From an uncultured Lachnospiraceae bacterium (GTDB lineage Bacteria; Bacillota; Clostridia; Christensenellales; UBA1242): a stretch of DNA of 64,000 nt. Shown piece after piece: positions 19,756 through 29,390 of this stretch. Made by a program: the position numbers and the translations under genes. The DNA lies in assembly GCA_964646345.1 (NCBI GenBank), contig CAZYDU010000001.1, positions 112,826 through 176,825 on the forward strand, read 5' to 3'. The notes under the pieces are model-generated. The model ran no database searches, had not been told where the DNA came from, and saw only the letters and a program-made list of their open reading frames with translations. Within the stretch, counting starts at the first letter, position 1; each line of letters starts with the position of its first letter.

Positions 19756-20955
19756 TTATTTTGCAAGTCTTGCAGTATCTTGAGCAATCATTAATTCTTC
19801 ATCGGTTGGAATTACATAAATTTTAACTTTTGAATCATTAGATGAGATTACATTAACTTCGCCACGTTTAAAGTTTGTGTTTTTATCTTTATCAATAACA
19901 ATACCCATACCTTGCAAGCCATCAAGCACAGCTTCACGATATTCTGAGCCATTTTCTCCAACACCAGCGGTAAAGCAAATAGCATCAACACTGCCAAGAG
20001 CTGCAAAGAATGAACCAATATATTTTTTAACTCTGTATGCATGCATTTTTAGTGACAATCTGCAAGCATCAGCTCTTTCACTTTGTTCATCAGAGTATGC
20101 AATTTCTTCAACATCTCTCATATCTCCTGAAATGCCTGAAACACCCAAAAGCCCACTCTTTTTGTTTAGATAGTTGATTGCTTCATGAATATTCATACCG
20201 GTTTTATTCATGATTGTTTCCAAAACTGAAGGGTCAACATCACCACTTCTTGTTCCCATCATAACACCTTCAAGTGGAGTATAACCCATGGTTGTATCAA
20301 TACATTTACCATTAGAAACAGCTGAAAGTGATGCACCATTTCCGATATGACAAATAATAAAGTTACCTTTCTTGCCTTCCAATTTTTCAAGTTCACCAGC
20401 AATAAATCTGTGACTTGTTCCGTGGAAGCCATATTTTCTAATTCCCCAATTTTTATATGCGTCCATTGGCAAGCCATACATATAAGCATAATCTGGCATG
20501 GTCGAATGGAATGTAGTATCAAATACTGCAACTTGTGGAACACCTGGCAAAAGTTCTTCGCAAGCTTTGATACCAGCAATGTTAGCTGGTTGATGAAGTG
20601 GACCAAGTGGAATAAGTGACTCAATTTTTTCTAAAACATCTTTTGTAATTAACACTGAGTCATTAAACAATTCCCCAGCATGCAAAACTCTATGACCTAC
20701 AGCATCAATATCTTTAAGTGATGTTACTTCTGGAACAACATCGCTAACCAAACAATTAAATACAACCTTAAGTGCTTCGGTATGGTTTGGCATAGCAACT
20801 TCTTCTACAGTCTTTTTGCCATTTGTTTTATTGGTATGACGACCATCAATACCAATTCTTTCACAAAGACCCTTTGTGATTACTTTTTGCTCTTCTGTGT
20901 CCATCAACTGATATTTTAATGATGAACTTCCTGCATTAACAACTAAAACTTTCAT
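19756..20955 (-). CDS. ackA: Acetate kinase
   Basis: VNAGSSSLKY, GHRVLHAG, YGFHGTSH, MGTRSGD, FTAGVGEN and PTDEELMIA motifs. Confidence 0.98.
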   Translation of the reverse strand: MKVLVVNAGSSSLKYQLMDTEEQKVITKGLCERIGIDGRHTNKTNGKKTVEEVAMPNHTEALKVVFNCLVSDVVPEVTSLKDIDAVGHRVLHAGELFNDSVLITKDVLEKIESLIPLGPLHQPANIAGIKACEELLPGVPQVAVFDTTFHSTMPDYAYMYGLPMDAYKNWGIRKYGFHGTSHRFIAGELEKLEGKKGNFIICHIGNGASLSAVSNGKCIDTTMGYTPLEGVMMGTRSGDVDPSVLETIMNKTGMNIHEAINYLNKKSGLLGVSGISGDMRDVEEIAYSDEQSERADACRLSLKMHAYRVKKYIGSFFAALGSVDAICFTAGVGENGSEYREAVLDGLQGMGIVIDKDKNTNFKRGEVNVISSNDSKVKIYVIPTDEELMIAQDTARLAK

Positions 20956-20970
20956 AAATTTCTCCTTTTA

Positions 20971-21972
20971 TTATAATGATTGAAGTATTGTAACAGCCAT
21001 ATTTAACACAATTTCATCAGCTGTTGTACCACGAGATAAATCATTTACTGGTTGATTTAGACCTTGCAGAATTGGTCCAATAGCCTTAACACCTGCCAAT
21101 CTTTGAACAAGCTTGTAAGCAATATTTCCTGCATTTAAATCTGGGAATACCAAAACATTTGCCCTTCCTTCAAGTGGAGAACCTGGAGCTTTTTGTTTTG
21201 CTACCGATTCAACAAGTGATGCATCGGCTTGAAGTTCGCCATCAACAACAAGTTCTGGATATCTTTCTTTTATAATGTTATATGCTCTTTTTACTTTGCA
21301 AACACTTTCATCAGTCATTTCATCGCCTGATTTTGATGAATAAGTTAAAAGTGCAACCTTTGGTGTTTCAATTCCACAAATTTTTCTAGCTGTTTCGCTT
21401 GCAAGGATTGCAATCTCAGCCAAATCTTCATCTGTTGGATTTGGAACAACTCCGCAATCTGTAAATACCAAAAATCCATTTTCGCCAAATTTTTCAGCAT
21501 CTGGAGATTCCATAACAAACACTGATGATACTTTTTTAACACCCGGTTTTGTTTTTACAATTTGGAATGCTGGACGAAGAACGTCAGCCGTGTGATTTAT
21601 TGCACCAGAAACAACACCGTCAGCATCGCCAAGTCTGAGCATAAGCATTGCATAGTTTAATTTATTGTTAACTTGAGCTTTGGCTTGTTCTTCAGTCATA
21701 CCCTTTGCTTTTCTGAGCTCGTATAAAGCATTAGCGTATTCCATTTTTTTATCAGTATCTTCTTCGACATCAATGATTTCAATATTTTTTAACATTTCTT
21801 GGCTATATCTTGAGCTTAACTCTTTTTTACCAAGCAATATTACTTTGCAAAGACCCATTTCAGCTGCTTTTCCAGTAGCTTCCAAAACTCTTTCGTCTTC
21901 TGATTCAGTTAAAACAATTCTTTTTTGCGTTTGTTTTGCACGCTCGATTAGTTGATCAAAAACATTTAACAT
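20971..21972 (-). CDS. pta: Phosphate acetyltransferase
   Basis: DCGVVPNP, VDGELQADA, FPDLNAGNIAYK and PVNDLSRG motifs; upstream of ackA. Confidence 0.97.
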   Translation of the reverse strand: MLNVFDQLIERAKQTQKRIVLTESEDERVLEATGKAAEMGLCKVILLGKKELSSRYSQEMLKNIEIIDVEEDTDKKMEYANALYELRKAKGMTEEQAKAQVNNKLNYAMLMLRLGDADGVVSGAINHTADVLRPAFQIVKTKPGVKKVSSVFVMESPDAEKFGENGFLVFTDCGVVPNPTDEDLAEIAILASETARKICGIETPKVALLTYSSKSGDEMTDESVCKVKRAYNIIKERYPELVVDGELQADASLVESVAKQKAPGSPLEGRANVLVFPDLNAGNIAYKLVQRLAGVKAIGPILQGLNQPVNDLSRGTTADEIVLNMAVTILQSL

Positions 21973-22070
21973 TTTCTTTTCTCCAATTTTATTGATTATA
22001 AACCAATTTTGTTTATAATAGACAATATACACCAAGCATGAAATTTTATCAAGCGAATAAGGAGTAAATT

Positions 22071-23249
22071 ATGCAATTTTGTGGAATTATATGTGAATTT
22101 AACCCGTTTCATAATGGTCATAAGTACCTAATAAATGAAGCTAAAAAGCTAACAAATGAACCTGTTGTTTGTTTAATGAGCGGAGATTTTGTTCAACGTG
22201 GCTCGCCCGCTATCCAAGAAAAATATATTCGTGCAAAAAATGCCATTGATGGCGGAGCAGATTGCGTTTTGGAACTTCCAACAGTATTTGCTTGCTCAAA
22301 TGCTGAAAATTTTTCATTGGGTGCTGTTAGAATTTTATCTGCTCTAAATGCCACGCACCTAGCTTTTGGAATTGAAAACACGAGTCTTGAATATTTGCAA
22401 AAAATTGCAGAAATAAAATATAACAATTCCACAGAATTTCAAAACTGCTTTAAAAATGAAATAGAAAATGGATTTAACTATAATACTGCCATAAAACGAG
22501 CAATTTCAAAAGAACTTGGAGACGAAAATTCTGCTGAAATTTTATCTAAGCCAAACAATATTTTAGCGATTGAATATCTAACCGCCATCAAAAAACTTGG
22601 TTCGAAAATTATTCCTATTGCAATCAATAGAGTCGATAATGGTTATAACTCAATTCTTGAAAAAAATGAATACTTATCTGCCAGCGGAATACGTGACAGA
22701 CTTAAAGAAAATCAAAATGTATCACAGTTTGTGCCAAATGCCATAGATTTAAATCAAATCTTTAATAATAAACAAAAAACAATATTTGACACACTTTCTC
22801 TTTTCAAGATTAGAACAACCCCGCCAACGGAACTTGAAAAATTTTATGATTATAGTGAAGGCATTGAATATAGAATAAAAAAACAATCGGATATTGCAAA
22901 ATCTTTAAGTGAACTAGAAGAAATGGTCGCAACCCCAAGATTTAGACGTGCTAGAGTTCAAAAACTTTTAATCTATCCAATTCTCGGTATAACAAAAAAT
23001 ATAGAAGCACAATCAAAACAAGCCAAGCCAGCGGTAAAAGTTTTGGCAATATCAAAAAAATTTAAATCATTTTTATCAGAAACAAAAAAAATTAAAGTGA
23101 ATTTAATAGCCACAAACAAAGATTATGAAAAACTAAATAAATCTCAAAAGAAAATTATTGACATTGACCTAAATGCTAGCAATCTATATAACACCATTAT
23201 AAGCAATCAAAATAATAATGATAAAAAAACAGGAACTTTATTTTTATAA
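22071..23249 (+). CDS. tmcAL: tRNA(Met) cytidine acetate ligase (HIGH nucleotidyltransferase, YlbM family)
   Basis: GIICEFNPFHNGH, MSGDFVQRG, PNNILAIEY and SASGIR motifs; divergent from pta. Confidence 0.9.
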   Translation: MQFCGIICEFNPFHNGHKYLINEAKKLTNEPVVCLMSGDFVQRGSPAIQEKYIRAKNAIDGGADCVLELPTVFACSNAENFSLGAVRILSALNATHLAFGIENTSLEYLQKIAEIKYNNSTEFQNCFKNEIENGFNYNTAIKRAISKELGDENSAEILSKPNNILAIEYLTAIKKLGSKIIPIAINRVDNGYNSILEKNEYLSASGIRDRLKENQNVSQFVPNAIDLNQIFNNKQKTIFDTLSLFKIRTTPPTELEKFYDYSEGIEYRIKKQSDIAKSLSELEEMVATPRFRRARVQKLLIYPILGITKNIEAQSKQAKPAVKVLAISKKFKSFLSETKKIKVNLIATNKDYEKLNKSQKKIIDIDLNASNLYNTIISNQNNNDKKTGTLFL

Positions 23250-23261
23250 AGTTCCCTTTTT

Positions 23262-24062
23262 CTATTTTGATTTTTTATAAACTTTCAATTTTTGCTCAAT
23301 AACTTTCTCGTTTTCAATTTTCTGATATTGCTCACAAATTCTCATGTACTCATTTTCATAAGTTGCTTTTTGATAGACATTTGTTACTACATCAAATACA
23401 AGATAAGATAAATACAAAACCGCAATAATTATAAGTTCGAAATTTTGATACTCAACTGCACCAACAACCCATAAAATTATGCTCAAAATTAAAGCAAAAG
23501 CTCTATAGTAATAATAATCGTTATATCTTTCATTTCTAAGCAATGCTGAAGCCACCAAAAGACCAGCACTTGTAGCATCAAGAATTGCAAACCTAGCACC
23601 CAGTCCAACGTCAAGCATATAAAGCATAGCCGACAAAAATACGGTAAAAATTACATATAAAACCTGATATTGGTCTTCCATTTCTTTTCGGATTTGAACG
23701 AAACTTCCGCCATAATATGTTTTAGTTAAAGCAAACATTTGGAAAGGTATATAAAAGCCAATATAAATTATTGCATTTGAATAAAACCTAAAGTTACACG
23801 CCAATGCAAAATACATGGCAGATACAACAACACAGAAAACAACCGAAATTTTATTGTCAAGTTTAACATAAAAATTCCAAAGCATGCCAAATAAAAGGAC
23901 TAAAAATGCAACCGGTGAACTAAATCCAGCCAGCCAACAAAACAATCCGAAAAACGACATTAGTGATGTTAAAACAAGTTTGAACATTTTGTATTTTTCC
24001 GTCTCAGGCTTAATGATTTGACCATCGAAATAATCATAAAAAAATTTCTTTTGATTTGCCAT
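23262..24062 (-). CDS. PnuC-like membrane transporter (divergent)
   Basis: About 7 TM helices; Y..FQ..., 'ILDATSAGLLVASALL..RY' and 'LSIILW' patterns resemble the PnuC family. Confidence 0.55.
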   Translation of the reverse strand: MANQKKFFYDYFDGQIIKPETEKYKMFKLVLTSLMSFFGLFCWLAGFSSPVAFLVLLFGMLWNFYVKLDNKISVVFCVVVSAMYFALACNFRFYSNAIIYIGFYIPFQMFALTKTYYGGSFVQIRKEMEDQYQVLYVIFTVFLSAMLYMLDVGLGARFAILDATSAGLLVASALLRNERYNDYYYYRAFALILSIILWVVGAVEYQNFELIIIAVLYLSYLVFDVVTNVYQKATYENEYMRICEQYQKIENEKVIEQKLKVYKKSK

Positions 24063-24106
24063 AACTTTCTCCTAATTTACACAATTATTTTAGCATATAT
24101 TTTAAT

Positions 24107-25129
24107 ATGACAAAAACAAATTTAGCAAAAAAAACAAAATTTTTTATTTTTAGCATTAAGAGAAATTTATCAAGCATAACTTTTTCATGTTTAGTGCTAT
24201 TTATAATGTTCTTAATTATTTCAAACCCCGCACTATTTTCCGGGTCGACAATCTCTGGCATAAAACTTTTTTTCTATTCAGTTTTACCTGGACTATTTCC
24301 ATTTATGTTTTTAACAAAAGTCTTAACTGAAATCGGTACAGTTTTTAAAGTTTCAAATAAATTAAACAATGTTTCAAACAAATTATTTGGAACTCCAGGT
24401 GTATCTTTATATTGTTTTGCAATGAGCATTCTTTCAGGATATCCGATTGGTGCAAAAATCATTAGTGACCTTTATCAAAAAAATATGATTACTCAAAAAG
24501 ACGCAAAAAAAATGTCAATTTTTTGCACAACATCAGGTCCAATATTTGTTATTGGCGCAGTTGGAGTCGGAATGCTCAAAAGCTTTAAATATGGCGTGAT
24601 TATTTATATTTCGCATATTTTATCAAGCATCATTTCTGGGTTTGTTTATAATATTTTAAGCAAAAGTAAAACTGAAAAACAAGAAAAAATATTTACTCCT
24701 GTAAGTCCAAAAGAAAATATTTTTGCAAATTGCCTAAACGATACTATTGTTTCTTTATTTTTGGTTGGCGGATATATTACAATATTTTATCTACTAACAG
24801 AAATACTTAATCTTTTGGGAATTGTTACATTTTTATCTAAGACTTTGGAAAATTGTTTTTCAAAATTAAATTTAAGTTCAATTAACTTCAAAGGTTTAAT
24901 ATATGGCTTGGTGGAAGTTACGCATGGAATTAAAGAAATTTCTTCAGGTCAAATTGTTAGCATTCCTTTAATTTGTGGACTAATTTCATTTAGCGGAGCT
25001 TCAATAATAATGCAATCCATGTCATTTTTAAAAACCACACAAATAAAAACACACACTTTTATATTTTCAAAGTGTGTGCAAATGATTTTATCTATTATTT
25101 TATGCAAAATAATAATTACGATTCTTTAA
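24107..25129 (+). CDS. ylbJ: Sporulation integral membrane protein YlbJ
   Basis: VLPGLFPF, SGYPIGAK, SGPIFVIGAVG and GLVEVTHG motifs. Confidence 0.88.
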   Translation: MTKTNLAKKTKFFIFSIKRNLSSITFSCLVLFIMFLIISNPALFSGSTISGIKLFFYSVLPGLFPFMFLTKVLTEIGTVFKVSNKLNNVSNKLFGTPGVSLYCFAMSILSGYPIGAKIISDLYQKNMITQKDAKKMSIFCTTSGPIFVIGAVGVGMLKSFKYGVIIYISHILSSIISGFVYNILSKSKTEKQEKIFTPVSPKENIFANCLNDTIVSLFLVGGYITIFYLLTEILNLLGIVTFLSKTLENCFSKLNLSSINFKGLIYGLVEVTHGIKEISSGQIVSIPLICGLISFSGASIIMQSMSFLKTTQIKTHTFIFSKCVQMILSIILCKIIITIL

Positions 25130-25619
25130 ATGTTTCCGTCTCATCATCTGGAATATCTGAGTTTTTCACATTGTTAATTGCCGACTCTAGTTCATCACGA
25201 TTGCGTTTAACAACTTCCAAATTTTGGTCAAGATAAAGTTCAACTGATTTTAAAAGTTTGTCAACATTTTCTTTTGTTACAGCAAAAAGCTGGTCACATT
25301 TTCTATTTGCTCTCTGCAAAGTTTCATCAGCTATTCTTTCGCTACGTTTTTTTATTTCAGAAGCATTTACAAGTTGTTCTGCTCTATATTCAGCTTCAGC
25401 AATAATATGTTTTGCTTCAGATTGTGCATTATTTAGTATCTGCTCTTTTTTGGACAATACATAACTTGCCTCTTGAATAGCCTGTGGCAAATTTGCCCTG
25501 ATTTCAGCTATTAAAGATGCACATTTATCCATATTAACAAGAGTTTTTTTGCTCCACAAAAAGTTTTTTGAATTAGCAAACTCTCGTTCCAAAGCATCAA
25601 TAATTTGATTGATTTCCAT
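25116..25619 (-). CDS. Coiled-coil protein (ATP synthase b / DivIVA-like) usually found after rsmD-coaD
   Basis: LP..IQEA..VL.KKEQIL..AQ.EA..II.EAE.RA..LV heptad pattern; position in the rsmD locus. Confidence 0.7.
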   Translation of the reverse strand: MEINQIIDALEREFANSKNFLWSKKTLVNMDKCASLIAEIRANLPQAIQEASYVLSKKEQILNNAQSEAKHIIAEAEYRAEQLVNASEIKKRSERIADETLQRANRKCDQLFAVTKENVDKLLKSVELYLDQNLEVVKRNRDELESAINNVKNSDIPDDETETFKES

Positions 25620-25621
25620 AT

Positions 25622-26176
25622 TTATCCTTTTTTGTTAAAGACCAGCACGTCAACATATGCAATGCCGTATTTCTTTGACTTCTTTATTATATAACACTCG
25701 GGCAGATTTTGCAAGTCATTTGCAAATTTATGTTCAACAACAATAACTGCTTCTTCTTCGAGCAAATTATTCTTATTTAATAGTTCTAATGATTTTATTG
25801 CATAATCACTATCATATGGCGGGTCAAGGTAAACTAAATTAAACTTCTTATTTTTCTTTGAAAACTCAGAAATAGCATCAACAAAATTAGATTTGATAAT
25901 CTCAAACTTTTCCGACATTCTTATTGTATTCTGTTTTATTGTTTTTATTGCCTTATCTTGTTGGTCAACAAAATAAACTTCACTTGCACCCCTGCTAATA
26001 CATTCCACACCAAATGCCCCACTACCAGCAAAAAGGTCCAATACTTTCGCACCAGCAATTTTATCAAATATCAAATTAAAAACCGATTCCTTAACCCTTG
26101 CAAGAGTTGGCCTTGTTTCGCTTGAATCAACAGCAATAAGTTTTCTAGCTCTATACTTTCCCGTTATGATTTGCAT
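25622..26176 (-). CDS. rsmD: 16S rRNA (guanine966-N2)-methyltransferase
   Basis: TRPT..RVKESVFN, LDLFAGSG and DPPY motifs. Confidence 0.96.
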   Translation of the reverse strand: MQIITGKYRARKLIAVDSSETRPTLARVKESVFNLIFDKIAGAKVLDLFAGSGAFGVECISRGASEVYFVDQQDKAIKTIKQNTIRMSEKFEIIKSNFVDAISEFSKKNKKFNLVYLDPPYDSDYAIKSLELLNKNNLLEEEAVIVVEHKFANDLQNLPECYIIKKSKKYGIAYVDVLVFNKKG

Positions 26177-26365
26177 ATAGTCTCCTTACTTTTTTTACAA
26201 ACGTATTATAGCATAAATTCATAAAATATAAAATATATTTTTATTATTTTTAAAATACATATTCACTACAGTTAAAAATTAAAAATTTTAATAATTGCCG
26301 TTAAATTGAATAAATTTTATTATTTTTTGCACTGTTTTGCGTTTTTATATTTATTTAACGAAATA

Positions 26366-26391
26366 AAAAAGACACCTTATTGGTGTCTTTA
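26366..26391 (-). terminator. Intrinsic terminator after metG
   Basis: AAAGACACC-TTATT-GGTGTCTTT hairpin. Confidence 0.75.
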
Positions 26392-26394
26392 GAA

Positions 26395-27987
26395 TTAATT
26401 ATTTTCTTCTGTTATTTTTGCAAGTTCTTCAAATTCTTTATCTGCATCAATTCTTGGAAAAAGGATACCAATTTCATCTACAGCATTTCCTGTCTTTAAT
26501 GCATAAAATTCTTTAGCATCTTTATAAAGTTTTTCTTTTACTTGCAAAGCTGATAAAACCTTTTCAGAAGCGTCAGGCAAAAATGCCGATAAAAGAATTG
26601 TTCCAATTCTAACCGCTTCAAGCAAGTTTCTTAATACTGTGTCAAGACGTTTTTGTTTTGTTTCATCTTTTGCTAGTCTATAAGGTTCAGTTACTTCAAT
26701 ATATTTGTTTGCCTTTGAAAAAATATCAAAAATTGAACCAAGTGCTTTTGAAACATCAAAATTAGTTTCAATATGTTTTTTTGTTTCGCTAACAGCAGAA
26801 TGAATTGTCGTGATTAAATCCTTGTCAATTTCTTCTTGAGATTCTTCATATTCAGGAATAATAGAGTTTCTATATTTTTTAAGCATTGAGAAAGTTCTTG
26901 AAACAAGGTTGCCGTAGTTATTTGCAAGGTCACTATTAATTGTGCTGAAGAATAACTCTGTTGAGTAGTTTCCATCACTTCCGAAAGGAATTTCACGAAG
27001 CAAAATATATCTAACACTATCAGCAGAATATCTTGGAACTAAAATTCTTGGGTCAACACATTCAGTGCTGTTAACAGTCTTACTCTTTGATAATTTATCT
27101 CCACCAAACAACAACCAACCGTGACCAAACACACGCTTAGGCAAAGGAATATCCAAAGCCATCAAAATTGCTGGCCAAATTATTGCATGGAAACGTACAA
27201 TTTCTTTTCCAACAATATGCACATCAGCTGGCCAATATTTTTTGTAAAGTTCATCATTGTCTGCACCAAACCCAAGACCCGTGATATAATTTGTTAAAGC
27301 ATCAATCCAAACATAAACCGTATGTTTTGGGTCAAAGTCAACAGGAATACCCCATTTTACACTAGTTCTTGAAACACATAAATCAGATAGTCCAGGTTTA
27401 ATGAAATTGTTAACCATTTCATTAACACGAGATTGTGGTTGCAAAAATTCAGGATTATTTTTGTAAAGGTCTAAAAGTTTATCGCCAAATTCTGAAAGTT
27501 TGAAAAAGTACGCTTCTTCTTCTTGATCAATAACTTCTCTATGACAATCCGGACATTTTCCATCAATTAATTGAGATTCTGTCCAAAACGATTCACATGG
27601 AACACAATACTTGCCTTTGTAAGCAGACTTATAGATGTAACCTTTATCATAAAGTTGTTTAAAAATCTTTTGAACACCTGCAACGTGATAATCATCAGTG
27701 GTTCTTATAAATTTATCGTAATTAATATTTAAAAGTTTCCAAAGATTTTTCGCATCGGCAATCATTTCGTCCAAATATTCAATTTCACTCTTGCCTGCAT
27801 TTTTTGCAGTTTGTGCAATCTTTTGACCATGCTCATCTGTGCCAGTCATAAAGAAAACATCTTTGTCTAATAATTTATTAAATCTTGCGAGAGCATCGCA
27901 AATAACAGTAGTGTAACAATTTCCAAGTGTAAATTTTCTACTTGGATAATAAATTGGTGTGGTAATATAAAATTTTTCTTTTTCCAT
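26395..27987 (-). CDS. metG: Methionine--tRNA ligase (short form, no C-terminal tRNA-binding OB domain)
   Basis: FYITTPIYYP, GTDEHGQK, YVWIDAL and GKEIVRFHAIIWPA motifs; KLSKS variant of KMSKS. Confidence 0.95.
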   Translation of the reverse strand: MEKEKFYITTPIYYPSRKFTLGNCYTTVICDALARFNKLLDKDVFFMTGTDEHGQKIAQTAKNAGKSEIEYLDEMIADAKNLWKLLNINYDKFIRTTDDYHVAGVQKIFKQLYDKGYIYKSAYKGKYCVPCESFWTESQLIDGKCPDCHREVIDQEEEAYFFKLSEFGDKLLDLYKNNPEFLQPQSRVNEMVNNFIKPGLSDLCVSRTSVKWGIPVDFDPKHTVYVWIDALTNYITGLGFGADNDELYKKYWPADVHIVGKEIVRFHAIIWPAILMALDIPLPKRVFGHGWLLFGGDKLSKSKTVNSTECVDPRILVPRYSADSVRYILLREIPFGSDGNYSTELFFSTINSDLANNYGNLVSRTFSMLKKYRNSIIPEYEESQEEIDKDLITTIHSAVSETKKHIETNFDVSKALGSIFDIFSKANKYIEVTEPYRLAKDETKQKRLDTVLRNLLEAVRIGTILLSAFLPDASEKVLSALQVKEKLYKDAKEFYALKTGNAVDEIGILFPRIDADKEFEELAKITEENN

Positions 27988-28176
27988 AATAAAACTCCTA
28001 AAGGTAAATTTGTGTAAATTTAATTAAATCAAATTATTCACACATCACACCTTTAGATGACCCATATTTTTTGCTTAATATTATATAGTCTATAAACATG
28101 ATGTTATTATAACAAATAAAAGACTAACTATCAAGCAAAAACGGAAAAAATAAACAAAATTGCATAATGGAATAAC

Positions 28177-28419
28177 TTACTCAATCTCCAAATCTTCATT
28201 AATAAATAATTTATCATCTAAAAATTCAAGCAGAGTCATATTAAAACCACGAGCAAGTTGCATTACGGTTTTTAATGTGATATTTTTATTCCTTTCATTC
28301 ATTATACACATCATTGTCCCATGTAATATACCAGAATTTTGTTCCAATCTATAAAGTGACATATCCTTTTCTGCCAATAAGTTACTTATCCTTAACCCCA
28401 CAGCTTTACATATATTCAT
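28177..28419 (-). CDS. XRE-family HTH transcriptional regulator
   Basis: MSLYRLEQNSGILHGT...NITLKTVMQLARGFNMTLLEF Cro/C1-type HTH; GGAG RBS. Confidence 0.85.
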   Translation of the reverse strand: MNICKAVGLRISNLLAEKDMSLYRLEQNSGILHGTMMCIMNERNKNITLKTVMQLARGFNMTLLEFLDDKLFINEDLEIE

Positions 28420-28491
28420 AAAAACTCCAATAAGTATTTTTAACTATGTATTTATACTTACCCAAATTTTAACAAATATATGATTTTATTT

Positions 28492-28566
28492 TATGTAGTT
28501 ATACCTACTTAAACATTTGGAGATTTTTATAATTATATTTATACTATAAGTAGTTAAATCTACATA
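28492..28566. promoter_or_regulatory. Two palindromic operator candidates between the XRE and SLOG genes
   Basis: TATGTAG-TTATAC-CTACTTA (28492-28511) and TAAGTAG-TTAAAT-CTACATA (28547-28566). Confidence 0.65.
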
Positions 28567-28574
28567 GGTGTTTT

Positions 28575-29132
28575 ATGAAATGTTGTTTTATTGGTCATAG
28601 AAAAATTAATGAAACTTTAGAACTAAAACAAAAACTACAACTAACTATCGAAAAACTAATAAAAGAAAATAATGTGAAAATTTTCATCTTCGGTAGCCGT
28701 AGTGAATTTAACGTTTTATGTCATAAAATTGTTTCAAGTCTTCAAATTCAATATCCTTTCATCAAAAAAATAGTTTACACCTGCCAAAATGAATATGCAA
28801 TCTTAAAACATGACAAAGAGAAGCTTCAGCGAATTATTTCAAAAACTTTAAAACAAGATATTTTATTATGTGATTATGACGAAGAAATTGAATATAAGAC
28901 AAAATTTTCATCAGGAAAATCAAGCTATATACAACGAAATCAAACCATGATTAATGATAGTGATTTTTGCATTTTTTACTATAATAAAGACTATAAACCT
29001 GCAACTCGAAAAAATAAAAGTAATAGCATTTTCGAATACCAACCAAATTCAGGAACTGCAATTAGTATTAATTATGCAAGACAAAAGAAAAAACATATAA
29101 TAAATGTTTACTCAAAGAGTAATAATGAATAA
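28575..29132 (+). CDS. SLOG superfamily protein (YspA/DUF1273-like)
   Basis: KCCFIGHR, FIFG...EF, RNQ.MIN.SDFCIFY and SGT..SINYA.QKKK.IIN motifs. Confidence 0.75.
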   Translation: MKCCFIGHRKINETLELKQKLQLTIEKLIKENNVKIFIFGSRSEFNVLCHKIVSSLQIQYPFIKKIVYTCQNEYAILKHDKEKLQRIISKTLKQDILLCDYDEEIEYKTKFSSGKSSYIQRNQTMINDSDFCIFYYNKDYKPATRKNKSNSIFEYQPNSGTAISINYARQKKKHIINVYSKSNNE

Positions 29133-29171
29133 ACAAATAAAAAAACTGGCAGTCGCCAGTCAATTTAAATT

Positions 29172-29247
29172 TGGTGGATCATCGGGGACTCGAACCCCGG
29201 ACCTTATGATTAAGAGTCATCTGCTCTACCAACTGAGCTAATGATCC
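29172..29247 (-). tRNA. tRNA-Lys (CTT)
   Basis: GGATCATTAGCTCAGTTGGTAGAGCAGATGACTCTTAATCAT...GGTTCGAGTCCCCGATGATCCACCA. Confidence 0.97.
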
Positions 29248-29254
29248 AAAAATA

Positions 29255-29390
29255 ATGTGTTGTTTTAGATACTCGTGCTTTGATTTATCATAAGTGATGA
29301 AAAAGATAAAACAAAAGGAGGTGTTTTAATGGAGAATAAATCATTATGAATTTTTACCATCAAAGCCGAGCTTTTATCTAAAGAACATAT
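29255..29390 (-). ncRNA. Candidate structured small RNA in the tRNA-Lys leader with an anti-SD apical loop
   Basis: Three nested stems paired by eye; apical loop CCUCCUUU; promoter TTGATT-16-TATAAT (extended -10) directly upstream at 29393-29420. Confidence 0.6.

Noticed and set aside
29297-29349. Plus-strand mini-ORFs MKKIKQKEVF and MENKSL, the latter with a perfect AAGGAGGTG SD
   Set aside because: No plus-strand promoter is evident, the SD is enclosed by a stem and the visible promoter fires on the minus strand; the pattern is better explained as the complement of an anti-SD RNA
29255-29390. 6S RNA or SRP RNA as the identity of the rod-shaped hairpin
   Set aside because: It is shorter than a typical 6S RNA (about 180-190 nt) and lacks the SRP domain IV GNRA/AGCAG motif; not formally excluded without a covariance-model search
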